Positions 39,706-53,810 are shown, numbered from the whole stretch's first letter. The stretch is 63,246 nt of DNA, filler included, from Octopus bimaculoides (GCF_001194135.2; 8 parts of 8 records of this genome joined end to end with filler, not necessarily neighbours in it), one strand, 5' to 3'. Translations and numbers: made by a program. The notes: a model not told the origin generated them from the letters alone.

Positions 39706-42073
39706 TCTCAGTTTTTTTATTTCTAAGTTCAAATCACACCAATGTCAACATTATTCTTCATTCTTCAGGGATCAACTAATAAAATCAGGATGCCTTACTG
39801 TTTTTGTTCTGGCTCTTAATGTTCCAAGTTCAAACCCTACTGGGATGCTAGACTTAATCTGTTACCTGGTTTAACACCAACATCTTGTATCCTAGGGTGC
39901 CTTTAATGGAGTCTGTTCTGTTGCAAGCATAGAGGTCAGGTCTGTAGTTCAAGGATAACTTCCTCTCACTTGTCTTGGAGAACCTTTGAAAGGGTCATGG
40001 GTACTGGCTTTCTTCCAGGCTTCTTTTATCTTTTACTTGTTTCAGTCAGTGAACTACGACCATGCTGGGGCACTGCCCTCAAGGGCTTAGTCAAACAAAT
40101 CAAAGCCAGTGCTTATTTTTAAAGCTTCATATCTTAGCAGCTTCTTTTGCTGAACTACTTGGTTAGTGGGATATAGACAAACACCAGTTGTCATGTGGTA
40201 AAGGATAAATGCAAACACATATGTAGACACACACACATGTGACAGTATTCCACATGTCTCTACTAAATTCATTCACAAGGCATTTGTTTGCATGGAGCAA
40301 TAGCAGAAAATACTTGCCCAAGTTGCCATGCAGTGAGACTGAACCTGAAACCACTTGGTGGCAAAGTAAACTTCTTAACCACACAACCATACCAGTGCCT
40401 AATAAAGTCCTTCAGTGATGCATATTCCAGTAGGTGGACTAGAGACTTACTTGGTATGGTTCTCAGGTCATGTCTAGCTACTGTAGTCATTGGGTTGTTG
40501 TCTACCCTTACATTATCCAATATCTCCTATCACTTCTTGTCTTTTTTCTCTTTTGAAGACAGTAAAGTGGTGTAATTTCAGAGAGATTTTGCTGTTGTTT
40601 TTAGCAGGTTAAGCAACCGACCACATTGAGGCTACTTCATTGATTTGTCTTATATGTATTTTTTCTTCTTTCCTTTCTTTGTTTCTTTGGTAACAAACTG
40701 GTTGGCTTTGCTTGAGCAGTCATCTATGATATGGAGATAGCTAATTGAATACTTGACTTTACAATAATCTCTATGATTAGGTATTAGGTCAAAATCAAGA
40801 ATTCATTATCATTTTAATGTCCATTTTTCCATGCTGGCAGGGGTTGGATGGTTTGACAGGAACCAGTGAGCTAGAGGGCGGCACTGAATTCCAATGTCTG
40901 CTTCAGTTTGGATGCCAACAACTTTACAGACTGTACTGGATGCTTTTTTTTTCATGGCACCAGCACTAGGGAAATTGCCAAGTACTTACAAAACAAGACA
41001 CTTTAGCTGAGTGAAATATAGTATTGAAGAACATTAAAGGATGATATGATACTGTAGTAGTAGTAGTAGTATTAGTAGTAGTAGTAAAAGTATGATAGAG
41101 GGAATTCGTATTTTATCTAACTCGGAGTAAAGATCATAGTGAAAGGTTTGAATTCACAACATAGAGACATAGAAGTAATTATTGTAAGGCCAATTACTAC
41201 TGTAATAAATCCACTACTCAAACGATAAGGATTTTCTATAATGGAACATAATCAGAAGTTTGTAGGGAAGAGGTATGGTCAATTGATTTAAAGCTGATGA
41301 TGTCTAGCACATGTCTCATCAACACCATAGTGCTGAAAGGCAATGTTGATGTCAATAGGTTTTACTCTCAAATTGTAGAAACGGAGTCTCTACATGATAG
41401 TTCAATCTGATAAAAACAGCAACCAAACTTCACTCAAAATACACCCTATAATTGAAAAAGAACAGCTTTTTATAAATTTTATTTATTTATTTAAGTTCTT
41501 CACTCCCTTTGGAGTATAGACCATCAACAACTTTTCTCTTGGTTCTGGACTGTCTTTATTACATCTCTTTAGTTGGATCCTTGTTTTCCTAATGGCTTGC
41601 ACTACAAGTACTGCTCTTCCTATTTCATACATTGTCTGGGGGAAAAGGCTTTCACATCTCAAGTCTTATTGGTTTTGAATTATCGATACTTCTGTAACTT
41701 TGCTTAATCAAGGCTGGCTGACCTGGTAGAGTAGACCTAAACAGGGCTACTCAAAGGCTTTGTTGGGGAATGATTTAGTTGTTGCATTGAGCTTCATTAA
41801 ATTAATTAATCTTTCTGATTTTTACTCATTTGTCATAGCTGTTTTGACTGAAAGGTAGAGTGAGAACCACCTTAAAATCACTTCATTTCTGCAACAGGGG
41901 ACCGCACTCCAAACCCTTTATGTTTTTGATGTTCCCTCTAAACTGTAACTGGAATCCTTTCTCAAAGTTAATCAGTTCCTTTATTTTAGAATTAGCTTTG
42001 TGCTTGCTTAGAAAAAAAAAGCAGTAATTCACCTTCATTTGTGTTAATATTTCTTTTCTTTCTTCTTTCACAG

Positions 42074-42328
42074 GCTTTTCTAAGACGGCTAGAGACTGTT
42101 AAACCCAGCAAAGGTTTGTCAAGAGATGAACAGTTGGCAGAATACAGTTCAAAACACTCGAAATATCCACTCAATAAAGTATCATATCCTGGATGTACAA
42201 CAAAGAGACCCTCAACTGCATCCACTGTCAATATTGAAAGCACATCAGACCCTCCTGCTAAGAAAGATCTTTATTGTCGATCAAAGACTAAGTTTAAAAA
42301 CCGTCCTGAGTGGATATCAAAATGGTGA
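42074..42328 (+). CDS. CFAP97: Terminal coding exon of a CFAP97/KIAA1430 (hemingway)-like cilia- and flagella-associated protein (84 aa + stop)
   Basis: Strong acceptor (tttcttttcttcttctttcacag|GCT), phase 0. Reads AFLRRLETVKPSKGLSRDEQLAEY...KNRPEWISKW*. This resembles the conserved CFAP97 segment [24 protein letters not shown] as I recall it. Upstream exons were not found in the visible sequence. Confidence 0.72.
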   Translation, partial: AFLRRLETVKPSKGLSRDEQLAEYSSKHSKYPLNKVSYPGCTTKRPSTASTVNIESTSDPPAKKDLYCRSKTKFKNRPEWISKW

Positions 42329-43439
42329 CCTTTATAAAATTAGGGGGTATGGGAATAATACTGGGGATTAGTAAGGGATGGGTGTGGAAAAAAAAATCCA
42401 AACAAACAAAGAAAAACCCAACAAATTCATGTTTTTGAACTTTGAATTGTTTTCTGTATATATTTCAAATATTTGTCATATTTAAAAGATTCTGTTGTGG
42501 CAGGTGCTGTATGGTGTGTGGCATGCTGTGGTAACAATGGTGGTGGTTGAGTTTCACAACAAAGCAAATTCCTTGGCAATTTTGGTTTCAATTTCCAGTT
42601 GGAACTATGCTGCTTCACTTGTGATGTCGCTAATTGTTGCCTTCAGGACATAGGACAAAGGAATGACCATCACAATGCAAAGAAATCCTTATATTAAAGA
42701 TTTTTTAAAAAATTTTTGGCAGGAGAAAAATTTTGAAATATTGCATAACTATAAAAATAGAAATTAAATCTAAATTTACTTGAGAAAGAAAATATCTATA
42801 TGTGTGTGTATGTGTTTGTGTGTACATATACAAACACCCACACCTACATGAGTATGTGTGTGTGTGTGAATGTGTATATGTAGATAATGACATATCAATC
42901 TCTAGGTGTGTCTCAGAAAATTAAAACATTATGCAAACGTTAATCTTTGTTGTCAGTTAATGTCTGAGCATAAAAGTTTCAATTGCATTAGGCTCACTAA
43001 ATGTAAATTGCTCTATTTCCAGCATTTTATTGATACATTAAAAAAATCCAATATCTCGAAATATTAGAATGTAACAGCATAACATCAGAAACATATCATT
43101 AGAAAGTCAGTTAAAAATTGAGAGGTGGGTACAAAATGTCAGTTAGTATATGCTTGGTGCTCTTTTGACTTCAGTGACTGGATATATTATGACAGAGGAA
43201 ACCAATTAGTGACACTAGTCAATTTTGATGGAAGTCCCGGTAGTCTCCTTAGCAGCCTTTGGCACCTAAAAAGGGATACTGAAGGCTTTTTTTTTTAAGG
43301 CAGGGAGCAGTTTAGTTGTTGCATTGAGCTTCATTAAATAATTATCTTCCTGGTTGATACTGATTTGTTATAATCATTTTGACTGACTGCTAGTGTGGGA
43401 ACCGCCTTAACCACCAAATGACTGCTGGGACACAAATTA

Positions 43440-44300
43440 GCCATCTTTTTAACTATACCCCATAGATTCTGTATGGGATTTAGGCCAAGTCAGTTCCTTG
43501 GTAAGGTAGCTAGCTCATTGATGTGATGATCAGTAAAGCAGGAAGTGTTTGTTTTGGTACTAAGTGCAGGTACCAAATCTTGCTGAAACAAAAATTTCAC
43601 ATTGCCAAATCGCTTGATGGTTGATATAAGGAAACAAGGAATGCTCCAAGATCTCATGGTAGACTTGTGCATTGGCTGTAACTCTGAAGAAACACAATAG
43701 TCCAATATCTACATATGACATTGCATCACTGATTGCCAGAAATTTGAAACTGAGTTTCTTTCTAATGGCTGGTGTTTTGTGATTTCCAGACCTCCAAATT
43801 CTGCAGACTTTGTTTCCAAATGAGATACAAAAACTTACTCCATTCAAGAAAAAGTCACAATGTGCCACTGCTCATCACTTTATTTTCCTGCTTCTCCTTG
43901 CCTCCATCGACCACTTGTAACATTGCCTGTCAGTGAAAAGAGGTTTGGTGCTAGGTACTTTGCTGTTGTGTTCCATCTCTTGAAGCTAGCTATCTGTACA
44001 AAGTGGTTCTTCATGCCTTAACTTATGTGTCAACCTTTTATGAAAAGCTTCCTCGTTGTCAAACCGGCTTTTTTTTTTTCACAGTTCTCTTGAAGTTACA
44101 GTTGTCCTTCTTGCTGGCTCACCTTTTTCTGCCTCATCTTGCATGTCCAGATGGTATCCCAGAAAGTGGCTGCAATATTGAAATCTGGGAACAGTCAGCT
44201 TTTAAAGAAATAATCTTCTCTGTGTCTTCCCCTTTTCGTGAAGTATGTTACTGATGATCTTTTAGTCAACAGTTAGATCAGAAGTCTTGCTCATGATTAC
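43440..44300 (-). mobile_element. Degenerate Tc1-like transposon of a different (probably DD34E) family
   Basis: Minus-strand fragments read FLFQQDLVPAL...LNPIQNLWGIVKKM, ISDAMSYVDIGLLCF and VYHEILEH, with many stops and frameshifts. Confidence 0.8.
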
Positions 44301-47300
44301 AGCACTAATGTTTTCTGTAAAAAAAAAAAAATTAAAAATTAAAAAAAAATTTATTGGCTGAATGAGTATTACTCTAACATGCTCAGACAATATTGTAATA
44401 TTTTGAGAGAAGTAGAATAGAATTAAAATATTTGTCTGTAATTTTACAATGGATAGTCTATAGTCATCATTCTAGAAACTAGAAATTGTTCACAGACTGA
44501 AAAGAAGCACTACTGCCACATTTATTGTACATAAGAGTAATAAAATTTTTGAATATTCATTTTTTTTTTCTCCTTAATATTCTAATTTTCTGAGATGTAC
44601 TTATATGTGGGCCTAACTGTTATTTATGTGTGTATGTGTATTTGCATATATATGTGTGCACACACACACATTTACTTAATATATAAAAACCGTATTTATG
44701 TATTTAAAATTTTATATTTAAATATATAACACACACATATACATATATCTGCATAGTTATATATTAAAAGCATAAACCATTAAAGGCTATTTCAAAATAA
44801 CTGCCAACCCTTAACTTATGTAGGTATATATGTGTACACGGACGCACACATATTTGTTACGTGTGTGTATGTGTATATATATATATATATATTATCATCA
44901 TTTAACATTCATGTTCCATGTTGGCATGGGTTGGATATATATATATATGTGTGTGTCTTTATATATATACGTTTATATATATATATACACACATATACAG
45001 AACAACTTCCTTCAATAATTTTATTCTTGTTGTTAGTTATCTTGAATCAGCTATCTACCTTTCCATCTTAACCTTTTTGTGAAATGTCTGGTTCCCAGGA
45101 AAATATTCTGTATCATCTTTCTCTCTTTGGTTGCCTTACTTCAAAACTGAGATTGTAAAGTTGATAAAACTGGTTTTTTTTAAAGCGTGTCTTCATATCA
45201 CAAAGCAAATAGAAACAATTTTTTTTTTCTATTCAAAAAGGTTTAAAAATGAGTGTGGTATGAGGAATAGTTTATTCCAATTCCATTGTTGGCTAATATC
45301 ACTTCAAAAGCTCATTCTTCATGCACGTGTGTATATGACATACACACATATTTATATCTATGTATTTTACACGCACACATAATACTTACTCATTTGTCTG
45401 AAAGAGAGCATTTTGAAGTATCATCCATTTTTCCAGGGTTAAATTTTCTTTCTTTGCTCCACTTAAAGTATGAAGTCACGTCTGTCTACCTATATCTAAC
45501 TCTTGTTGTCTTTCCAGTTACTATCAGTAACCTACTCCTTACTTGTCTTGCAGTTTCATTTATTTGGGTGTCAAATTAATTCTTCAATGTTCTGTTCTAT
45601 ATTTATGTGAATACAACTAAAATGGCCAAATTCATATGGTTTTCAACAATTGCATAAGACTCAAGTTCAAATCCACAAAGGTATTTTGTGTGTCTTTTTT
45701 TTATCTCAACTTATACATTTGTCCAGAATAGGTACCAAATCATCTGGGAATGTTACTTCCAAAATGAGACTGGCATCCTAGCCAGGAGGAGGTTTGTCTC
45801 TTTTCTGTTTAATGCCACACACCCAATGCTCTGGCCTCTGTGAGAATATTGGAGCTTTTGGACACATATTTTTGTGTGACATGAGGATTTTATTATCTAT
45901 GTGTTCTAGACCCAACCAAACCAGTTAATTCAGTGTTTTACCACTATGTCCATTTCTTTTATCTAGTCCCTCTCTCTGTTCTTACCTACTCTGTAGATGT
46001 AGCTCTGTAAATGGGACTGAGTTACGTTCAGAACATGGCCTCAGAATTAGAATTAAAACAATACAGTGCATTGTTTAGTGTTGTGATGTGAATTTGAGAC
46101 CCCTTAGCTGAGATATCAACACCTTTCACCACTTGGCTAGTGCAGTTCCTCATTCACATCTTAGCAGCATTAGTCTGATAAAGCTAATTTCTGCTTCATT
46201 AAAAAAATACGTTAAATTGGTGCTTGGAAACAATTTTGGTTAGTTTCGGTCAATGGTTCTGACATTCAGGTTGTATTGACTTAAGTTACCTTCAGGCTTG
46301 TCATGTTTCAAGTAATGTTGTTATTGTCAAAGCTGATTGTAAACTTATGTTAAAACAATCAACATTCACTTAACAATAATTTTCATGGAAATATCTAAAA
46401 ATAAGAGTAAGGCTTTGAATATGAAAACATCTTTTGTTGTTACTATTGTTGTATATTTATTTACTATGAAATTAAAACAAAGGAAATACAGTTTTTTGTA
46501 AAAAAAGGAAAAAAATATATATAAATAGGAAAAATTTCAAAAATTTAACTTTTCAGATAACTTAAGGAAATTGTTTAATTTCACAACTTTTGAATTAGTA
46601 AAAAGAATGTAATATTGCATAATCATATTAGGTCATTTAAATATTAAAGACTTCATCTGCATCTAATGATTGGTTTAAGTAGATGTGCACAGGTGGAATT
46701 TGACTTCAGATTTTCAAGATAAAACATTTGTGAATTTTAATGTCTATGTGATGAGCTATACCTCTCTATATGTATTTTTAGCTCAGAGAATTGAGATCAT
46801 TAAGAGTTAAGTATTTTAATTCACAACTAGATATGATAAACCATACCTCTCGATAGCTGTCTGTTTACAAGTAGAATTGAGGTCATTGAGAGTTAACTAT
46901 GTTAATTCAAAACTGAGAGTGATAAAATACACTGCTGTATAATATCTATTTACAGTTTGAGAATTATGGTCATTAATTGTTTATGTTAACTAGATAATAT
47001 ATTGCTGGTGAGAGGACATGGAGTGCTTGCTTTCATGTTTATTTTCCTTGTGAACTCCTGCCCGTTCAGCATTTTATAGATACATTCAGATGTGACGCAT
47101 TTTCTTTGACAATGTCTTAAATATAAAATAAAAGTGAGTTCTAATAGGATAAGAATTTAGATTAGTTTGTTAAAAATGTTTATTAACATTAATGTGTAAT
47201 TTGTGAGAATGTCAAGTGGGGAGACAAAAACCCTTATTTGGTTAATGTCTAATTTCTACCTTATTAAAAATAACTTCAATACAACATATATGTGTGTGTG

Positions 47301-47439
47301 TGTGTGTGTGTGTATGTATATGTGTATATATATGCGTGTATAAATGTGTATGTATGTATATAGAAAAACAAAAGATGAAAACAGGTGTACAAACAACATG
47401 CAAGTGTATTAGTTTAGCACATGGGGAAAAATGAAAAAG

Positions 47440-47476
47440 TCTTTTACGTTTCGAGCCTATGATCTTCAACAGAAAA
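47440..47476 (-). ncRNA. Diverged hammerhead-like motif of the same family (repeat ~47360-47530)
   Basis: Minus strand: UUUU-CUGUUGA-A-GAUC(AUAG)GCUC-GAAA-CGUA-AAAGA. Confidence 0.55.
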
Positions 47477-47710
47477 TAAGAGAAAATAAACAGAGAAAGA
47501 ATGAAAAAAACTTCTAGATTTCAGTGGTCCAGCATATATATGTGTGTGTGTGTGTNNNNNNNNNNTATACATGTATATACATATATATATACATGTATAT
47601 ATACATGTATGTATATATATGTACATGTATGTATATATATATATATAATATATATGTAATGTGTATATATATATATATAGAAAAAATATATATATATACA
47701 CACACATATG

Positions 47711-47742
<32 letters not shown>

Positions 47743-50024
47743 CATATATACTCACACACACACACATTTGATGGCCTTGTGCTTATGTTAGTATCATTAC
47801 ATATATAATCTTTCATACCATTAGGTTGTTTAATTAAAAAAATAATCATTATGTCTCTTGAAGTATAAATCATCAAATACATAGGTAATTATGGCATTGT
47901 AGTCTTGTTAATAATGTATCTACCAGTATTTTTGTACAGCTTGTGTTCTATTTCATTTAAAAACCAAATGCCCACCCCCTCCACAAAAGAAACATACTGC
48001 TGTTGTTTTTGTACATTTTTAAAAAAAAAAACGTCTGATAAATTTATCAAACTGAATATACATTTTGAAAATGATATATCAATAAAATAAAATAAAATAA
48101 AGTAATTCATATTTTATTCCATCTTCAAAAATTGTGAATGCAGTTAAATATTTGTCATTACCATTTATAGGTCATTAATGATCACACCTTCATTAATGAT
48201 CACACCTGTATATCTTCATCCAACTAATACTTCACGCAGGGCAGTGAGCTGACAGAATTGTTAGTATGTCAGACAACATTTCTTTTAATTCTTTGTGTTT
48301 GTGTTTAAACCTGACCATGGTTAGCTTTATTGTTTATCTTTTGGGGTTGATAAAATAAAACACCAGTCCGCTCTCTTCAGTTTTAGCTCGTATTATACGG
48401 TTGGATGCTCTTCCTATCACCAACTTCTGTACAGAGTGTACTGAGTACATTTTATGGTGGCAGCAGCACTAGCAGAGTTGCTTTGTGCACTTGAAGAGTA
48501 AGCATGAATCATTGCTCGAAGACATGTATGGTTACTCGAGGTTATGTAAACCAGGAGGGGAATAAGAGAGAGAGAGAGAGACTGATGATAGACGGGTTAG
48601 AATGGGTGAAGGGAGCAATGTCCATAAGAGATTTTATCTTGGCTGAAAAGCCACTCTATCTGTCAATAGTATGTATGTATACATATATACATATTATATA
48701 TATATTATAAAGCATGATACACAGACGGCTATTTTAATTTAATGTTGCTACACTTGCATATACCAGATATTTTTATTCAGTCTGGCAGCTGTTCACATTA
48801 TCACTGGAAGCAACAAATTCTGTTGAGACATGTAGCTGCGATTACATATTATTGACAACAGCCAAGAATGGTGAAATGCATCTGACATTCTTGCTTGTTG
48901 CTGCTGGGATGATTTTCCTCTCCCTGTAATATATAGTGTTTTTGACAAAGCACATCTATAAGAGATTTTATCTTGGATGAAAACCCTAGAAACTTGCTTG
49001 TCAACATCATATATGCTTTATGTATGATATGCAGATAGCCATTTTAATTTAACGCCACTTCAGTTGCATATAGCAAATTATATATGTACATATGTATACA
49101 CATACATATAATACATAGAAAAATCTGTCGCAATAATTCTTGTCTGGCCCATGCCAGCATGGAGAAACACATAAAAATGTGATATAGCTTTTATCTTTTA
49201 CTTGTTTCAGTCAGTTGAGGCACCGCATTGAAGAATTTTTGGTCGAATGTATCAACCCAGGTACTTATTTTTTAAAGCCAGATACTTATTTCTATTGGTC
49301 TCTTTTGCTAAACTGCTAAATTATGGGGACATAAACACACCAGCACCAGTTGTCAAGTGGTAGTGGTGGTGGGGGACAAACAGACACAAAGACACATACA
49401 CACACACACACACATATATATGTTATATATATATATGATTGGCTTCTTTCAGTTTCCATCTACCAAATTCACTGACAAGGCTTTTGTTGGCCCAAGGCTA
49501 TAGTAGAAAACACTTGTCCAAGGTGCCACACGATGGGACTGAACACTGAACCATGTGGTTGGGAAGCAAGCTTCTTACCTCACAGAAAATTATACATAGT
49601 AAAAAGCAAATGATACAATAAATAATAGTTCATAATATTTTGGTTAAAAAAAAACCCTTGAGTAAAAGAAGACAAGAATTGAACACGTTTGTGATATGTT
49701 GGGTGGCTGTGATGGTGCTACACCAAGGAAACCTGACAACTTTCAACCCTTGAGATTAGAAGCTTTAACTATGTAAGCAAGAAAGAAAATAGACTTGTTT
49801 CATTCGTTTGAAAACATTGAGAAATTAGCAAACTTCTTAAAAAGATGTTGCTGCTGCTTTAATCATGTAGAGGTCTCCGTCATTTGTTCATACATATATA
49901 TTCAACATGTGAGAGATATTTGAGGACATATTTGGTAATTTAATAAAACAACCCCAATCTAACAAAAATAAACCAAATGTATTTTAACAAAATCCTGTTC
50001 ATATGTTCTTGATAAGCTTTAATA

Positions 50025-50241
50025 CGAGGGGGGTGCTGAAAAGTTCCTGGCTTTGGGTAAAAGCAAATACAGGAGGATCAGTTAATTATGATTTTATTTA
50101 AGATATTCTCTTCACAAATTCACACACTTACTGCAACAGTCCTTCAGTTTTTCTAAGCCTTGTAAAAGAACTTGGAAGGTTGGGCCTCCAACCAGGCCTT
50201 TCACAATACCCTTAAAGGAGGATCTTTTCAGTACCCACTCA
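50025..50241. mobile_element. Mariner-type MITE
   Basis: TA-CGAGGGGGGTGCTGAAAAG ... CTTTTCAGTACCCACTCA-TA. A homologous copy lies at ~23943-24150. Confidence 0.8.
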
Positions 50242-50269
50242 TATAAGATTATTTTATGCATCCAACTTT

Positions 50270-50490
50270 AGTTGCTATGATTGTTTAAATATAGGACTGG
50301 AAGCGTTGACTACCTGCACTAAATGATCGTTATTCATTTCACACTTCACCTGTATTACAGCAGCCTTCTGAGAAGTTGTGCCATTGTGAAGATGTTGATT
50401 AGTTTCTCTTCCAAGAACACTTTGAATGTAGTAGTCAATGGGATTTAAATCTAGCGTGTTTGGAGACTTCAAATTTGGTGTACCCAAGGT
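50270..50490 (-). mobile_element. Remnant of a DDxD (maT/DD37D-like) transposase C-terminus
   Basis: ORF 50275-50505 reads SPNTLDLNPIDYYIQSVLGRETNQHLHN, resembling the PPNSPDLNPLDYYVW motif. Confidence 0.6.
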
Positions 50491-50569
50491 ACAAGAATAT
50501 TGCAAACCAAATACAAGATTGAAATGTACGCATTAACTATATATATATATATATATATATTTTGTTACA

Positions 50570-50756
50570 ACCTTTATTCACATGGTTTTGAATTAATCAT
50601 GCATTATATCGTGCTTTTAAGATTTCAATAATATGATTGTTATGTTTTGAATGACATTGTCTGGTAGAAGTGAGAGGTCAGATCTGGCAAGTTTTAATAT
50701 AGAACAGGTAGAATATTTTGGGCCAGATATGGTCGGTTTAACTGCTAAAGGTTTAA
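50570..50756 (-). mobile_element. piggyBac-like short non-autonomous element
   Basis: Minus-strand end TTAA-ACCTTTAGCA. A homologous, oppositely oriented copy starting TTAA-CCCTTTAGCATTTAAACTGG is at ~52670-52810. Confidence 0.55.
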
Positions 50757-53749
50757 AAAGTCTTTTTTTTTTCAGACAGTTTCCTTGAACTTAGCTTATG
50801 TGGCAGTATGATTTGCAAGAAAGAACAGCCAAATTTCTCACAGAAATCACAACCTACTATGCCATAAAAGGAAAGAGACATTGGATAATGTAGTCCTAGA
50901 TATACTATGTGAAGAAAAAAAAGATAGATGGAATAGCTATGTCTGACCACATCTGCTGACAGGTCACTCGATCAGAGTTCAACTGGAATTAAATAACAAA
51001 TCTGAACAAGTAGACACATCGTGTTTAAACTTTTAGCAAAACACCAAAACATGTTGCAGCGTGTTAAGTTGGAAAAACAGCAAATGTTGCTAAGATATCA
51101 GTTTCTGTATATAAAATACAACAGAAATAGCTTTCATTTAATCTTTATTTAACTCTTGTCATTAATTTATAATGTTGAAAAAAAAAATAGAAAGGAAGAA
51201 ACAGTCATATATGTAATTAATAGCTTTTATCAGAGCTTCATAAACCAAGATGAAACAAGGAAGACTATGTCCTAGAAATATCTGCCAAATCTCTCTCAGA
51301 TCATATCTTGCTCTCTCAAAACAATAAAAAGAGAAGACATATTGGATAATGTCCTTTTATATATTATTTGTGTCAGCCATTAAACTGTGGCCATGCTGGG
51401 CACTGCATTGAAGAATTTTTAGTTAAATGAATCAACTCCAGTACTTACATTTTTTTTAAAAGCCTGGTACTTATTCTATCAGTCGCTTTTGCTGAACCAC
51501 TAAGTTACAGGACATATACACACCAACACTGGTTGTCAAGCATTAGTGGGACACACACACACACACACACACACACGATGGGCTTCTTTCAGTTTCCACC
51601 TATCAAATCCACTGACAAGGCTTTGGTCAGCACAAGGCTATAGAAGGAGGCACTTGCAGTGGAACTGAACCTGGAACCAAGTGTTTGGGGAAACAAGCTT
51701 CTTACCACATGGCCATGCCTACACTTACATACACTACCATCATTAAGCATTAAATCATTAAAATATCATCATTAAGCATGCATTTTCTCATGCTTGCATG
51801 GGTCATACAGAGTTTGTTGAGGCAGATTTTCTCCACTGGATACCCTTCCTGTTGCTAATCTCCACCTGTTTCTAGGCAAGACAATATTTCTGAAACACTT
51901 GAAATGAATAACACCACTTGTATGATGGTGATGCTTGTTTACAACAATTCACATGATATCACAATAAGGATATATATACACACACACAGAGGCTTCTTTC
52001 AGTTTCCGTCAGCCAAATTCACTCACAAAGCTTTGGTTAGCCTGGGGCTATAATAGAAAACACTTGTCCAGGGAGCCATGTGGTGGGACTGAACCTGATA
52101 CTACATGGCTGGGAAGCAAGCTCCTTAAACACACAGTGACAACATGGTTATTGTTGGAATGCGTTTAATCATAGCAGGTGCTGTGAAGCTGGTTGTTTTA
52201 CTGGTGTTTGTGGTGGTGAGACTAATAAAAATTACAGTTAGCAACATTGTGAAAATGGTTGGAACATTTGCTAAAGTTCATTCTTTTAAATTTACGTGTT
52301 CAAATGTAAATCAACGTGAAAAGATGATATCAACTGTAACCACAAGCATGGCAAAAAAGAAGAAAAAAAAACAAACAATTTCTCTGCAACTGTTTTCTGT
52401 ATTATTTTATACCCGAAAGGTTTGGAAAAATGTTGATTAAAATTTATAATGTATGCATAATAAAATATTAATTACAAAATGTTGTTCTAAGAGAGAAAAA
52501 CAGTTGTAATTATAAAACTGTATCATTCAACTGCATTTAGCATCAAACCAAATGGAATTGGCTGAAATTCTTTTGCTTATTCTCAATTTATGAAGCAAAT
52601 TTTACAACTGCTATCAGATCTACTTTCTCTATTGTTCTTTGTGATATAGAAAAATAATCAGAGAATTAATTAACCCTTTAGCATTTAAACTGGCTAAATC
52701 TGGCCAAAATATTCTGTGTTATGTTAAAATTGGCCAGATTTGGCCTCTCATATATACCCTACAATGTTATCCTGAAAATAAATAGCCACATCATTGAAAT
52801 CCAAACAGTGTATCTAGGACTACATGTGTTCATTGTCCTTTCTTTTAAAAGATGAGATTTAGTTGCTATTTCTAGCAAGCCTATCAACCACAAGAAACCT
52901 CTGTTGACTCAAACGAAAAGGACGTACTTTTACATTTTTGGTTATTTAAAATTTTCTAATAGGAGCTTTCTTAATGGTATTTTCAGATTTTTTTTCTTAA
53001 TAGACTTCCGACTTATTCTCATATTTTCACAAGATTTAAATTGCTCGAATTTGCGTGCTCTTGTCCTTAAAATAAGCGAGGAATGTGAATATAGTCAGTA
53101 AAAATATTGATACACTCAAAGAGAAAAAAAAATTAACGTAATGTTTTGTAAGATTATACTGAAATATAGAGCATAAAATTAGGTTAGTTACAGATAAAAA
53201 AAAGAAGCTTTCTATTTAGGCCAATAACACCACAATTGATAGAATTCTGAAAATATGAATAGAAAAATATGCAATAAAGTTACAGCATAAACAAAGAAGT
53301 AAAACACAGTATTGAAGAAAATACAATACACATTCTCTAAGCTTGATACATTTATTGATTGAATCGAATGGTAGAAGCATTAAGAACATTAGAAAATCTG
53401 CGAGCGCTTTATAATCACGGATCTTTTACTTTACATTCCGAGTTCACATCCAACCCAGATCAATTTTACTTTCCATCCCTCTGGGGACGATAAATTTAAG
53501 TACCTATCAAGGAGTTTTTTTTCTTCTAAATTTCTAGGTATAAGATCGCGGATAACATATATATATGTATTTGTGTGCATACCTCAACTTACGTTGTTTC
53601 GAGTTACGTCTTTTTCGACTTTCGTTTTTTTTTAATTTTTTATTATTGTTTAAGAAGTAAATGGTAAAACTAAATCTCAACTTCAGTCGATTTATCCATC
53701 TCAGCGAGCATATATATTTAAAAGCATGAAAAATTTTAAAACACCTAAA

Positions 53750-53810
53750 AATCCAATAGCAAAGTGCAACATCACGTGAAATTCACGTGAAAGCGTAAAA
53801 ACCAATTATT
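53750..53810. promoter_or_regulatory. Candidate promoter: tandem TCACGTGA E-boxes between CCAAT boxes
   Basis: TCACGTGA at 53772 and 53783, with CCAAT on both sides. Minus-strand donor-like sites lie at ~53592 and ~53582. Confidence 0.3.

Noticed and set aside
45387-45565. Two-exon minus-strand mini-ORF MKLQDNGAKKENLTLEKWMILQNALFQTN with an 81-nt GT-AG intron
   Set aside because: There is no recognisable homology and the context is AT-rich. Kept only as part of the low-confidence minus-strand transcript finding.
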